Below, piece after piece: positions 29,698-40,154 of a stretch of 64,000 bases of DNA (position 1 is the first letter of the stretch; every line of letters begins with the position of its first letter). The position numbers and the translations under genes were made by a program. The notes beneath the pieces were generated by a model that was given only the letters and a program-made list of their open reading frames with translations, was not told the origin of the DNA and did not search any database. The stretch spans positions 1,312,001 to 1,376,000 of the forward strand of contig OZ243956.1 in assembly GCA_965214405.1 (NCBI GenBank), written 5' to 3'. The stretch comes from Trueperaceae bacterium (GTDB lineage Bacteria; Deinococcota; Deinococci; Deinococcales; Trueperaceae).

Positions 29698-31302
29698 GTG
29701 GGTGTGGCGGAGTATCTGGTAGCAGAAGGCTGGAACGACTCGGGAACGCTCCTGGCGATTCTGGAGGGCATGGGCGAGGGCGTGATCGTGTTTGACCTCA
29801 CGGGGCGGCCACTTTATCTCAACTCGGCGGTGGCGCGGCTCCACGGGATGCCCCGGCCCTTTGAGGTGACGCGCAATCTGCTCGAGTACGACGAACTCTT
29901 CGAACTTTACGACGCCCTAGGAGAGCCCATTCCCCGTGACGCGTGGCCGGTCGAGCGGGTGCTGCGCGGCGAGCGCTTTTTCAACTGGGAGGTTTACGCG
30001 CAGCCTCACGGTCTAAGTAACAGTGTCAACGACGGCACGGGCGAGGGCGGCGTGGTGGCGTACAGCGGCTTTCAGACGAACGGGAAAAGCCCTGTCGGGG
30101 TGCTCTTGCTGCACGACGTGTATGAGCAGCGCCGGACGGAGGAGACGCTGCGCCGGAGCGAGGAACGCGAACTGTCGATTCTCGACAACCTGCGCGACTA
30201 CGCGATTTTTACGCTCAGCTTGGATGGCGTGATTACCTCCTGGAATCCAGGTGTCGGAAAGGTGCTCGGCTACGCCGAAGAGGAATTCGTGGGCAGGTCG
30301 GGCAACCTCTTTTTCACGCCCGAAGAGCGCGAGGCGGGAACGTTCGAGTGGGAAATGACCACCTCCGCGCGCGAGGGCCGCGCCTCGGACGACCGCTGGC
30401 AGCTTCACAAGAGCGGGCGGCGTTTGTGGATCAACGGGATCATGTCGGCGCTGAGAACGTCCACGGGCGAGTTACGCGGTTACGTCAAAATCATGCGCGA
30501 CTACACCGAGCGCTTGAGTTTGGAGCAGGAGCGCGAGGGGCTAGTTAGCGAACTCCAGGCGCTCAACGAGACTCTGGAGGCGCGCGTTGAGGAGCGGACG
30601 CAGGCGCTCAAAGAAGCCAACGAGCGGCTGCGGCGGAGCGAGGAGCGCTTCGCCAAGGCGTTTCAGCTCGCACCCGTGGCCGCCGCCATCACCACGCTTG
30701 ACGAAGGCCGCCTGGTGGACGCGAACCAGACCGCGCTCGAGTGGTCGGGTTATACCCTTGAAGAGGCGGTGAACCGGCCTCTTAGAGAGCTCGAGCTGCT
30801 TGGGGCGAGCGAGGTCGAGCGCTTGGCGTCGCGCCTCGGGGCGGAGGGGCGGTTTATCAACCAGGAGGTCGCGCTCCACACGGCGTCGCAGGGGCCGCGC
30901 CACGCCCTTCTCTCTTCTGAAGTCGTCGACATCGCGGGCGAGCGCTGCGTCTTGAGCATGGCGGTGGACATTACCGAGCGCAAAAGAACCGAGGAGCAAC
31001 TCTTGCAAGCCCTCCAAGAAGTCATGCAAGACACCGCCTGGTTCTCGCAGTCGGTCATGGAAAAGCTCGCGCAGATACGCTCGCAGCGCCAGGACGAGAC
31101 CGAGGTGGCCGAGCTCACCCCCCGCGAAAAGCAGGTTCTGGCGCACCTAGCCAGGGGCGAGAGCAACGAAGACATCGCGGGCGCGCTCGCGCTCGCCCCG
31201 CAAACGGTGCGCAACTACATCACCACGATTTACAGCAAGATAAACGCCCACTCGCGCGCCGAGGCGGTCGTGTGGGCGAGAGAACGCGGCTTGGGTGTGT
31301 GA
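29698..31302 (+). CDS. Multi-PAS domain LuxR-family transcriptional regulator
   Basis: Three PAS/PAC segments (…KIMRDYTER, …VDITERKR) and C-terminal LTPREKQVL...TVRNYITTIYSKI..SRAEAV. Confidence 0.9.
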   Translation: MGVAEYLVAEGWNDSGTLLAILEGMGEGVIVFDLTGRPLYLNSAVARLHGMPRPFEVTRNLLEYDELFELYDALGEPIPRDAWPVERVLRGERFFNWEVYAQPHGLSNSVNDGTGEGGVVAYSGFQTNGKSPVGVLLLHDVYEQRRTEETLRRSEERELSILDNLRDYAIFTLSLDGVITSWNPGVGKVLGYAEEEFVGRSGNLFFTPEEREAGTFEWEMTTSAREGRASDDRWQLHKSGRRLWINGIMSALRTSTGELRGYVKIMRDYTERLSLEQEREGLVSELQALNETLEARVEERTQALKEANERLRRSEERFAKAFQLAPVAAAITTLDEGRLVDANQTALEWSGYTLEEAVNRPLRELELLGASEVERLASRLGAEGRFINQEVALHTASQGPRHALLSSEVVDIAGERCVLSMAVDITERKRTEEQLLQALQEVMQDTAWFSQSVMEKLAQIRSQRQDETEVAELTPREKQVLAHLARGESNEDIAGALALAPQTVRNYITTIYSKINAHSRAEAVVWARERGLGV

Positions 31303-31459
31303 CTCTGGGTGTGTGACCCCGGACGCGTGAGGAAAGGTCAGCTCTTCCCTCTTAGGGTTTCATAATGTGAAAGGGGATTTAGAGAGCTTAATCGCTCGAG
31401 CCCTCCGCAGAAATCACTCTTTCACGTTTTTACTCCCTATCCCTCTACTCCCTACCCCC

Positions 31460-32449
31460 CTACGCCTCACTCCCTACCCTGACAAGGGTGCGCCCCCGCA
31501 TCTCCCCTTTGAGGATGGTGTCAACGGCGGCGTCTAGGTCCTCGAGGCCCACTTCAGTCGTCATCTTGTCCAGGTTGTCCAGCTTCCACTCCCCCGCCAG
31601 CCGTTCCCAGAGGCGTTGCCGTTTGGGCAAAGCGAGGTTCTGCGAATCTATCCCCAACAGATTCACACCGCGCAGGATAAAGGGGTAAACAGTGAGGTTT
31701 AAGTTCGGGCCGCTCACCAGCCCGCAGGCCGCCACGCTGGCCCCACCCTCTAAACTTTTGACAAGGTTTTCTAGCGTGCGCCCCCCCACCGTGTCCACCG
31801 CGCCGCCGTACACGCTTTTGAGCATAGGGCGTTCATTGGCTTCCGAAAGCTCGTGGCGGTCGATAATCTGGGCCGCGCCGAGGTTTTTGAGCATGGCGTG
31901 CGCCCCCTCGCTGCCGGTGCTGGCGACGACGTGGTGACCGAGTTTGGCGAGGAGCGCCACCGTGAGCGAGCCCACCCCGCCGCTTGCGCCTGTGACGACC
32001 ACGGGACCCTCGGTGAACCCTTGACCCAAAAGCGCGTCCACGCACATCGCCGCGGTCAAGCCCGCCGTGCCCAGCACCATCGCCTCCCGCAAGCTCAAAC
32101 CCTCCGGCAGCCCCACCACCCAGTCGGCGGGCACGCGAATATACTCACCAAAGCCGCCGGGCGTATTCATACCCAAGTCGTACGAGGTGACGATGACCTC
32201 GTCGCCCTCCTTGAACCGCACATCACTTGAAGCGACCACGCGCCCCGCCGCGTCGATGCCGGGCGTGTGCGGGTAGCTTTTGGTCACGCCGCGGTTGCCC
32301 GTGGCTGACAGCGCGTCTTTGTAGTTGAGCGATGAGTAGGCGACGGCGACCGTGACGCCGTGCTCGGGAAGCGTGTCCATCCCGACTTTTTCCACCTTGC
32401 GCGTTATGGTCTTGCCTTCTTCATGAATGCGGTAAGCGCGAAATTCCAT
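31460..32449 (-). CDS. YhdH/AcuI-family MDR oxidoreductase (acrylyl-CoA reductase-like)
   Basis: YSSLNYKDALS, PGIDAAG, GTAGLTAA, TGASGGVGS, PFILRGVNLLGIDS. Confidence 0.92.
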   Translation of the reverse strand: MEFRAYRIHEEGKTITRKVEKVGMDTLPEHGVTVAVAYSSLNYKDALSATGNRGVTKSYPHTPGIDAAGRVVASSDVRFKEGDEVIVTSYDLGMNTPGGFGEYIRVPADWVVGLPEGLSLREAMVLGTAGLTAAMCVDALLGQGFTEGPVVVTGASGGVGSLTVALLAKLGHHVVASTGSEGAHAMLKNLGAAQIIDRHELSEANERPMLKSVYGGAVDTVGGRTLENLVKSLEGGASVAACGLVSGPNLNLTVYPFILRGVNLLGIDSQNLALPKRQRLWERLAGEWKLDNLDKMTTEVGLEDLDAAVDTILKGEMRGRTLVRVGSEA

Positions 32450-32602
32450 ATTGCACCTCCACAAGAGTGTACCGGCACGAAAGCTTTTTTCACACCCCTT
32501 TTCCAGTCAACCGTTCTATTTGCTCGCGTTACCCAACCTCCCAGTCATCCTAGTCAAACGTCCTACACCGGCCTCCGCCAAGAACCTGTTAAACTTGAGT
32601 CT

Positions 32603-33154
32603 ATGGCAACGAAAAAAGCAAACTCGAGACGAGGCGCTAAATCACGCTTCAACCCTCTTCCCTGGCTTATCGGCGTCGGCGTGGCGCTGCTTATTGCGGT
32701 TCCCATCTTTCTCAATGTGAGAGAGCGCCGGAGCGGTCCTGGCGAGTTTTTTGCGAGTCAGGGCAACAGGCACATCGCGCTCGGCTCTACCATTCCCCCC
32801 TACAACTCGAACCCGCCCACCTCCGGCCCGCACACGCCCGACCTGGTCCAGTGGGGCACGTACGACTACGAGGTACCCGAAGAACGCCTCGTCCACAACA
32901 TGGAAGATGGCGGCGTCATCCTCTGGTACAAGATGGGCACGCCCGAGGAGAACGAGGCGCGTATCAGTCAGTTGGAGGAGGCCTCGCGGGGCTACCGCCG
33001 CGTGGTCATCGCGCCCCGGAGCGACCTCGACACCCAGTACGCGCTCACCGCCTGGACGCGGCTCGATAAATTTGACACCTTTGACGCGGCGCGCGTCGAC
33101 GCGTTTCTGAACGCCTATGAGGGCATCGACCACCACGTCGCGGGAGTCGGTTAG
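32603..33154 (+). CDS. DUF3105 family protein
   Basis: N-terminal TM, YNSNPPTSGPH, VHNMEDGGV, ALTAW. Confidence 0.85.
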   Translation: MATKKANSRRGAKSRFNPLPWLIGVGVALLIAVPIFLNVRERRSGPGEFFASQGNRHIALGSTIPPYNSNPPTSGPHTPDLVQWGTYDYEVPEERLVHNMEDGGVILWYKMGTPEENEARISQLEEASRGYRRVVIAPRSDLDTQYALTAWTRLDKFDTFDAARVDAFLNAYEGIDHHVAGVG

Positions 33155-33248
33155 GTCTAAAACTTAACCGGGGTGCTTGAGGGCAGAAGAACGACCACGC
33201 GTGGGACTTCAGGTTTTTAGAAGTCTCTTTGGGAGCGTGCAGAGAGAA

Positions 33249-33282
33249 GAGGACCGAGTTCAAAGTATCTCACTCGGTCCTC
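33249..33282. repeat. Intergenic inverted repeat related to the AGTnnnn heptamer family
   Basis: GAGGACCGAGT (33249-33259) and ACTCGGTCCTC (33272-33282) form a perfect 11-bp stem. Confidence 0.6.
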
Positions 33283-33443
33283 GGCACCTTCGTCTTTACT
33301 AAGGCAGAAGAACGTTCTATAGCTTCCTTTATGACGCTCACGATTAAGCGCTTATGAGCGCTTCGATAAAGGTGGTGCGGTAACAAGGCGGCTGCTATAC
33401 TGACGACCAGTTGGGCCAAATCCGGCCAAATCCGGGAGGTCGT

Positions 33444-33863
33444 ATGAAAAAGCTTTGGGTCTTGTGCATCCTTTTTATCGCCCTTGTCGTCGGGGCCTGC
33501 GCGCCCGCTGCCGGGCGTCCCGCCATCCCCTACGCGGCGACGCAGTCCGAAATCATTGGTGAGGTGTCGGCGTTCGGGCCGCTTATCCAGCCGGGCGGCT
33601 CCTACAATTACTTCAACATCGAGTCCATCGGCGGGAGCTACGTCACTTTGGTCGCTGACCAAATTACCGGTGCGCAACTTTTGAACGCGTTTGGGAGCGG
33701 GCCTGTTAACCAGCCCGTCCGGGTCATCGTGACGGTGGTGCAAGACGGCGGAGTGGCGAGAGTGGCGGTGGCCGAGCAGCCGAGAGGGAACAGCATTGCC
33801 AAGCGCGCGGCGGACACCATCGTCCAGAACCTCGACCAGCGTTTCCGCCGCGCGGGTGGTTAG
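33444..33863 (+). CDS. Hypothetical lipoprotein
   Basis: GGAGGT SD; MKKLW...LVVGAC lipobox. Confidence 0.75.
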   Translation: MKKLWVLCILFIALVVGACAPAAGRPAIPYAATQSEIIGEVSAFGPLIQPGGSYNYFNIESIGGSYVTLVADQITGAQLLNAFGSGPVNQPVRVIVTVVQDGGVARVAVAEQPRGNSIAKRAADTIVQNLDQRFRRAGG

Positions 33864-33989
33864 AGAAGTTACTTGCGAGATATAAGGGCGACATGTCGGC
33901 TCGAGCAACCTTCACGCAGCCGAACGTCTAGCGCGCAGGCTGAGAAGCTTACCTGCGCGCTACGTTTTTCAGCGCTCGCGCAAGCCGCT

Positions 33990-34475
33990 CTAGTAGGTCG
34001 AATGCGCCTCAAATTCAGTCCTGCTCTCACGCCCTTCAGGCGGACGCTCCGCGCGCCTCTGCACAGCCAGAAGCAGGAGCGTGATGAGCGTAAACGCGGT
34101 CAGAGCCAAAACCGGGATGCTGATAAAGCCCAACCAGTTGATATAAGCCGCGCTGCAAGGCACCCCGACGCGGCAGAGCGCGGGCGCGCCGAAACCGGGG
34201 ATTTTTTGCTCGAGCACGTGGTAAATCGACACCGCCCCGCCCAAGACCGTGAGCGGCAGCGCGTAAACGGTGACGCCCCGGTCCTGGCGGTAACTCGCGA
34301 TACCCAAAAGGATCACCAGCGGGTACATCAGGATGCGCTGATACCAGCAGAGGGTGCAGGGGACGAAACCGCGCACCTCGCTAAAGTAGAGGCTCCCCAG
34401 CGTCGCGGTGAGCGCCACGAGCCACGCGAGGTAGAGGCCGCCCCCCTCTAAAACGCGCCGCACGCTTGTCCGCAC
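33990..34475 (-). CDS. dsbB: Disulfide bond formation protein B (BdbC-like)
   Basis: GSLYFSEV, PCTLCWYQRILMYP, second Cys pair C.VGVPC. Confidence 0.92.
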   Translation of the reverse strand: MRTSVRRVLEGGGLYLAWLVALTATLGSLYFSEVRGFVPCTLCWYQRILMYPLVILLGIASYRQDRGVTVYALPLTVLGGAVSIYHVLEQKIPGFGAPALCRVGVPCSAAYINWLGFISIPVLALTAFTLITLLLLAVQRRAERPPEGRESRTEFEAHSTY

Positions 34476-34477
34476 GC

Positions 34478-35146
34478 CTAGCTCCCGGCCTCGGCCAGCG
34501 CCGCGTTGATGGCGTCGGAAAGCGCCCCGTAGCTCGGCGCGCTCAGTTTGGTGCCGTCCACAAAAACGGAAGGCGTGCTGTTGACGCCCAGACGCTCCCC
34601 TGTCGCCAAGTCCGACGCGACCGCCTCGGCGTAGCGGTTCTCATTTAGGCAGGTCTCGAGCGCGCCCGCATCGAGCGCAGGGACATAATCGCGGGCGAGT
34701 TCCACGAGCCGCGCGGGGGTGGCCCAGGTTTCGCGTTCGGGTCCTTGTGAGCGGTAGATGGTGGTTTTGTAGTCCCAAAATGCCGCCGCGTTCTGGTTGT
34801 AAGCGCACTCACCCGCGACCGCGGCGGTCGTCGAATCGGGGCCGATAAAGGGGTAGTTAAAAAAGAACACCTCGACCTCTCCCGTGTCGACAAAGTCGCG
34901 TTTTAGCTGAGGGAACACGTTCTCTTCAAAGTTGAGGCAAGCCGGACACTTAAAGTCCTCAAAAACAGCAAGCTTGACCGGCGCATTGCTTTCCCCCAAC
35001 GAGGGCTGCGCGCGCAGGGTCTCGAGGCTCAGCGCGTCACCCGCAGAAACCGCGTCCCTATTGGCCCGCACATAAAGAAAAATACCGACCGCGACGGCGA
35101 CGAGCACTGCCGTGACGAGGGTGAGTCTTTGAGAAGATAGTTTCAA
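34478..35146 (-). CDS. dsbA: DsbA-family thiol-disulfide oxidoreductase (BdbD-like)
   Basis: N-terminal anchor, FEDFKCPAC, GVNSTPSVFVDG. Confidence 0.9.
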   Translation of the reverse strand: MKLSSQRLTLVTAVLVAVAVGIFLYVRANRDAVSAGDALSLETLRAQPSLGESNAPVKLAVFEDFKCPACLNFEENVFPQLKRDFVDTGEVEVFFFNYPFIGPDSTTAAVAGECAYNQNAAAFWDYKTTIYRSQGPERETWATPARLVELARDYVPALDAGALETCLNENRYAEAVASDLATGERLGVNSTPSVFVDGTKLSAPSYGALSDAINAALAEAGS

Positions 35147-35336
35147 CGTACCGCACCTCCGAGACTACTTTACTCCTCCGACCATTTTACTTCCCAGAGA
35201 AAAAGGTAGCTTGAGCATAAAAAACACGGGTGAAAATTCTTGCTTACGCATTTCACGCTCGAGGCTAAACTCGCTGCGTCGTGACAGGTAAGTATGAGGT
35301 CGAGTTTGAAGCATCTACATCCGAAGGAAAATGTAG

Positions 35337-35837
35337 ATGACGCCCAAAGGGGAGAATGTTCTCACCTGGGGGCTGGTGGCGTTATGCGCGGCGCTCGTTT
35401 TCATCAACCTGTGGCCGCGCCTCACGGTGCAGCGGGTCGAGGTGGTGGAGGACACGCCCGACATCACCTTGTCTATTGCGGGGGCGGTGCGGACGCCTGG
35501 GGTTTATACGCTGCCCTGGGGCTCGAGGATGGACACGCTCATCGAGGCCGCGGGCGGCTTCACCGCGTCCGCCGAGAAGACGCTTGTCAATTTAGCTGCG
35601 CCCCTAGACACCGGAGACACCATCTTCGTGCCCACCGTCCAAACCGAACAGGGCGAGACGCGCGTGAGCATCAACAGCGCCACAATAGCCGAACTCGACA
35701 CGCTGCCCGGCGTGGGACCCGCCACCGCGCAAAAAATCGTCGCGGCGCGGCCCTTTAACGAGGTGGACGACCTGCTCAACGTCTCGGGCATCGGCCCGGC
35801 GACGCTCCAAAAGCTGCGCCCCCTGGTTAAACCGTGA
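35337..35837 (+). CDS. comEA: ComEA DNA-binding competence protein
   Basis: SLBB domain (GAV..PGVY.L..GSR) and HhH motifs INSAT..EL.TLPGVGP..A.KI, VSGIGP. Confidence 0.92.
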   Translation: MTPKGENVLTWGLVALCAALVFINLWPRLTVQRVEVVEDTPDITLSIAGAVRTPGVYTLPWGSRMDTLIEAAGGFTASAEKTLVNLAAPLDTGDTIFVPTVQTEQGETRVSINSATIAELDTLPGVGPATAQKIVAARPFNEVDDLLNVSGIGPATLQKLRPLVKP

Positions 35838-35840
35838 CGG

Positions 35841-38099
35841 TTGAGCCGTGGTGACCAAGTTGTGACTGAGGCTGGAAGGAGTGCACCTCGAGCCGCAACG
35901 GAAACGGAATCGCCCCCCACCCCGTTCATTCCCTGGTCGGTGCCCGCTGCGCTCTTCGTAACGCTTGGGGTGGCGCTGGCTGGATGGGGCTTTCCCTTGT
36001 GGACGGGTCTCCTCCCGCTTACGCTGCTACCGCTCGTGTTTCTCGGGAACACAAAAGATACCTGGCGGCTCATCGCGCTTCTTTCGCTCCTCGCGCCCGT
36101 CGGCTACGTCCGCTATGACCTGTGGGCGGCGCAGGCAAATCCGCTGGCGTCTCTTATGGGCGGGGCGCAGACCTTTTCCGGCGTGAGCGACGGGCGTTAC
36201 CTTATGCTCGACGCGCCCAGGGGCGTCCGAGTGGCGCTGTCGCCCTCGGGCGCGGTGGAGGCGGGGCGGGTGAGGCTCGAGGGGGAACTCGTCGAGGCCG
36301 CGGGCAAGCGCAACCCCGGCGGCTTCGACTACCGGAGCTACTTGCGGCGGCGGGACGTGTGGGCGCAGCTTAGAGTCGAAGAGGTGCTTGATTTTCGCCC
36401 CGCCACTATGAACGTCCGGGAGCGGCTGCGGCGCGGGGTGGTGGCGGGACTCGACGCGCGCGCGGCTGGCCTCATGCAGGCGATGACGTTGGGCCTCCGT
36501 GAAGATTTGGGCGACTTGCGTGAGACGTTCGCGGCCTCGGGTTTGGCGCACATCCTGGCCTTGTCGGGGCTCCACGTCGGTATCTTGATGGCGGCGTTAG
36601 GGTTCTTGCTGCGGCCTCTGGGAAGGGCGCGTTATCCGCTCATGATTGTGCTGGTACTTCTTTTTGTCGCGCTCGTCGGAGCCTCACCGAGCGTGCTGCG
36701 CGCTGGGATCATGGTCGCGGCGGTGCTGTGGTCGCTGTGGCTGGGAGGCGGGCGGCTCGAGCTGGGCGCAGCGTTGGGATTGGCGGCCTTTATTACACTG
36801 CTCTGGCACCCCGCGTATCTTTTCGACCTGTCTTTCCAACTCTCTTACTTGGCGGTGCTAGGAATTTTGCTCCTGACGGGACCGCTCACCAAACGACTGT
36901 TGGGCGAACGCGCCCAAACTCTCCCCCTCTGGCACCCGTCCAAATTTCTTATCGGCTCTATGGTCGTGAGCATGAGCGCGCAGGCCCTGAGCCTGCCCCT
37001 GGTCGTGAGCACCTTTAGCAGCACGCCGCTCCTCAGTCCTTTGGTCAACGTGGTGGCGGTGCCTCTGGCGTCGCTTTTGGTGCCGCTGGGTTTTCTCGCG
37101 GCGGTGCTGGGGCTCGTTTCCCTCTCCCTAGCTGGCCTCATCAACCACATGACGGGGGCGCTCGCAGGCGGGCTCATCGCGCTTGCGAACGCGGCGCAGG
37201 GTCTGCCGAGCCTCACCTGGGGAGAGATTGGCGCGACCGGCTACATCTTTTACGCGGTGGGGGCGTTCGCCGTGGTGCTGCTGGCGCGCGGGCTCCTGCG
37301 CCCCTGGCGCGGGCTTGTCGTGGTGATGGCGGCCATTACCGGCTCGATGTTGAGCGCGCCCGCGCATCAAGCGGAAATCGTTTATCTCGATGTGGGTCAA
37401 GGAGACAGCGCGCTCATCCGTCTGCCGGGGCGCGTCGAGATTCTGGTGGACGGTGGCGGCACGCCCTTTTCTGATTTCGACATGGGAGGCCGGACCGTGG
37501 TGCCCGCGCTCCGGGCTTTGGGGGTGGACGAACTCGAGCTCGTCATCGCCTCACACCCCGACACCGACCACATCGAAGGATTGTTAAGCGTGCTCCAAAC
37601 CATGCCCGTCGCGCGCTTAGCCGTCGGCTCGCCGCTGCCCGGTAACGAGCTTTTTGACGAACTTATGAGCGTGGCGGCGCGGCGGGGGGTGCCGGTGGAG
37701 GAGCTGGTGCGGGGGGAGAGTCTGGAGCTCGGCGGCGCGCGCCTGGACATCCTCAACCCGCCCCGCACGCCCTTTGAAAAACCTAACGACAACTCAGTTA
37801 CGTTTGTGCTTTCTTACAAAGGCGTCAAAGCCCTCTTTCAGGGCGACGCCAGCATGTTGGTCGAGGACGAACTGGCCTTTCCCGACGTGGACATCCTGAT
37901 GGTCGGTCACCACGGCTCGAGATTCTCGACCACCGAGGACCTTTTACGCGCGGCGAGGCCCGAAACGGCGGTCATCTCTTACGGTCGGAACACCTACGGC
38001 CATCCTAACCCTGACGTGCTCGAGCGCCTCCGCGCGCACGGCGTCACGGTCCACGAAACGTTCAAAGAGGGCGCGGTGAGGGTGCCGTTGGGGCCGTAA
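35841..38099 (+). CDS. comEC: ComEC/Rec2 DNA uptake channel
   Basis: RNPGGFDY, GLAHILALSGLHVG, SFQLSY, LDVGQGD, SHPDTDH, HHGS, N.YGHP; true start may be GTG 35862. Confidence 0.94.
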   Translation: MSRGDQVVTEAGRSAPRAATETESPPTPFIPWSVPAALFVTLGVALAGWGFPLWTGLLPLTLLPLVFLGNTKDTWRLIALLSLLAPVGYVRYDLWAAQANPLASLMGGAQTFSGVSDGRYLMLDAPRGVRVALSPSGAVEAGRVRLEGELVEAAGKRNPGGFDYRSYLRRRDVWAQLRVEEVLDFRPATMNVRERLRRGVVAGLDARAAGLMQAMTLGLREDLGDLRETFAASGLAHILALSGLHVGILMAALGFLLRPLGRARYPLMIVLVLLFVALVGASPSVLRAGIMVAAVLWSLWLGGGRLELGAALGLAAFITLLWHPAYLFDLSFQLSYLAVLGILLLTGPLTKRLLGERAQTLPLWHPSKFLIGSMVVSMSAQALSLPLVVSTFSSTPLLSPLVNVVAVPLASLLVPLGFLAAVLGLVSLSLAGLINHMTGALAGGLIALANAAQGLPSLTWGEIGATGYIFYAVGAFAVVLLARGLLRPWRGLVVVMAAITGSMLSAPAHQAEIVYLDVGQGDSALIRLPGRVEILVDGGGTPFSDFDMGGRTVVPALRALGVDELELVIASHPDTDHIEGLLSVLQTMPVARLAVGSPLPGNELFDELMSVAARRGVPVEELVRGESLELGGARLDILNPPRTPFEKPNDNSVTFVLSYKGVKALFQGDASMLVEDELAFPDVDILMVGHHGSRFSTTEDLLRAARPETAVISYGRNTYGHPNPDVLERLRAHGVTVHETFKEGAVRVPLGP

Positions 38100-38218
38100 A
38101 AGGCTAGAGAAGGCGAGAAAAAGAATCACCCCACCACCTCCGCCCCCTGGCTCCCTTATCCACCAGAATCAACCCCGCCTCAACGCCACCCTGACACGGA
38201 CATGGTACCTTAATCCCG

Positions 38219-38971
38219 ATGCCTCCCACGCCGCTACGTGTGTTGTCCGACCACGGCCCCATACGCGTCGAACTGGCGCGCTGGCAGGGGCGGCTGGTGG
38301 TGGTCAAACGCCTGCGCGTCCCCTCGCCCGTCCTGGCCGCGCGTTTAGAGCGCGAGGCGGAGGTGGCGCAGCGCTTGGAGCACGAGAACATCGTGCCTTT
38401 GTTGGCCGTAGAGAACAGCGCGCTGATTTACGACTACTGCCAGGGGATGAATCTGGCCGAGGCGATGGAGGAAGGGGCGCTGCGCCTCGAGCGGGCGGTG
38501 CGTATTGTCACGGACGTGTTGAGGGCGCTCGAGTACGCCCACGCGCGCGGCGTGATTCACTTTGACGTCAAACCGTCCAACATTATGATAAAGAACGAGC
38601 GGGCGCTCCTGACCGACTTCGGCTTTGCCAAAGACCTGGCGCTCGCCAAAATCACGCACCAGGGTGTGCTGTTAGGCACGCCCAACTACATGGCCCCCGA
38701 GCAGTTCGCGGGGCAGCGCAACGACCTCAGGAGCGACCTCTATTCGACGGGGGCGGTGCTCTACCACATGCTGACAGGCGGGCCACCTTATGGGAGCGGG
38801 GTAATTCGCTTTTTGGTGGGCGATGAGCGGGTGGTGCTCGAGCCCCTGCCCGACCGCGCGGCCTCTCTGGCGCAGGTCGTCAGCACCGCCCTCTCCCGCG
38901 CGCCCGAGGCCCGCTACGGCAGCGCGAGCGCTATGTTGTCTGCTTTGATAAAGGCGCTCGAGACCTCCTAG
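38219..38971 (+). CDS. Hanks-type Ser/Thr protein kinase (catalytic domain only)
   Basis: VVVKRL, HFDVKPSN, DFG, GTPNYMAPEQ, SDLYS.G. Confidence 0.9.
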   Translation: MPPTPLRVLSDHGPIRVELARWQGRLVVVKRLRVPSPVLAARLEREAEVAQRLEHENIVPLLAVENSALIYDYCQGMNLAEAMEEGALRLERAVRIVTDVLRALEYAHARGVIHFDVKPSNIMIKNERALLTDFGFAKDLALAKITHQGVLLGTPNYMAPEQFAGQRNDLRSDLYSTGAVLYHMLTGGPPYGSGVIRFLVGDERVVLEPLPDRAASLAQVVSTALSRAPEARYGSASAMLSALIKALETS

Positions 38972-39132
38972 AAAGCGAGCGGGCCTGTGCGTGCTTGATC
39001 CCCCCTGGCCCGCAAACACCGTTCTCACTTCGTTCGGACCCTCTACAAGGGGGATTTAGGGGGATTCATGTACTGAAAAGCAACAGACTCAACGTTCCTT
39101 AGGATAAGCTCTGTTCAAAGTACACTGTAAGC

Positions 39133-40065
39133 ATGATTTTAGCCTTTAGCGGCGACCCCTTTCTGGCCTCGCGGGCGGCGCGGCGGGCGCTTAGAGCCCA
39201 AGTCAGCGCGGAGGCGACGACCGAACTCGGCGCGGGCATGACCGGCGACGAGGTGGCGCAACTCGCGGCGCAGTCGGGGCTTTTCGGCGCGGTCGCGCTT
39301 CTGTTGGACTTTGACGCCGCCTTTACGGGTCAGGCCGGGGTCAAGCCGCGTAATGAGGTTGTAAAGGCGCTCGAGACCGTACCCGCCGACGCGCTCGTTG
39401 TGGTGCTCGATTCAAACGCGACCGCCGCGAGGCAAAAAACGTATCAAAGCTTGGGGAGGCTCGAGCATTTGCCGACGCCCCGCTTCAACGCGCTCGCCTC
39501 TTGGGTGCGCGGCGAACTCAAAGCCGAGGGCGTCCGCTTCGATAAAGATGTCCCCGACACGCTCGCCGACCTTTTCGGCGAGGACCTGCCGGGCATCGCC
39601 GCCGAGGTTCAAAAGCTCGCGGTTTTGGGCGAGACCCTGACGAGCGCGTGGGTACGCGAGGTCGTGAACCGTCCCGCCGCCCGCGACGCCTTTGGCTTTA
39701 TCGACGCGCTTACTCAAGGAGACGCGCGGGCGGCGCTCCTCGTGCTGCGCTCGCTCCAGGCGCAGGGCGAAGCGCCGCCGCGGGTTTTGGGCGCGCTAAG
39801 CTGGCAGTTTGGGCTGGTCGCGCGGTGCGTGGGGCTCCGCGAAGACCGTGGGGAGGTGAGCGCGGGCTTTGTCGCGCAAACGCTCAAGGTCAAGCCTTTT
39901 GTCGCCCAGAAAGCACTCGGTCTTGCTCGAGGCCTCGACGAAGCGCGCCTGTTGGGGGTGCTCACCGCGCTCTTGCAAGCCGACGTCGCCATGAAAACGG
40001 GGGGGGACGGGGTGTGGGCGTTGGAGGCGCTGGCGCTCGAGCTGGCAGGGTTTTTTGAAGCTTGA
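39133..40065 (+). CDS. holA: DNA polymerase III subunit delta
   Basis: G.D.FL, QSGLFG, EVQKLA, GEAP..VLG.L..QF, LLQAD..MKTG; usual position downstream of comEC. Confidence 0.85.
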   Translation: MILAFSGDPFLASRAARRALRAQVSAEATTELGAGMTGDEVAQLAAQSGLFGAVALLLDFDAAFTGQAGVKPRNEVVKALETVPADALVVVLDSNATAARQKTYQSLGRLEHLPTPRFNALASWVRGELKAEGVRFDKDVPDTLADLFGEDLPGIAAEVQKLAVLGETLTSAWVREVVNRPAARDAFGFIDALTQGDARAALLVLRSLQAQGEAPPRVLGALSWQFGLVARCVGLREDRGEVSAGFVAQTLKVKPFVAQKALGLARGLDEARLLGVLTALLQADVAMKTGGDGVWALEALALELAGFFEA

Positions 40066-40154
40066 TGGATTTTCGGCGGACGCTTTGGGGTGAAGTAACC
40101 TCGGTCTCAAAGGACAACGTGGGGGGGCTCGAGCGGCTGCGGTATGCTCCCTCT

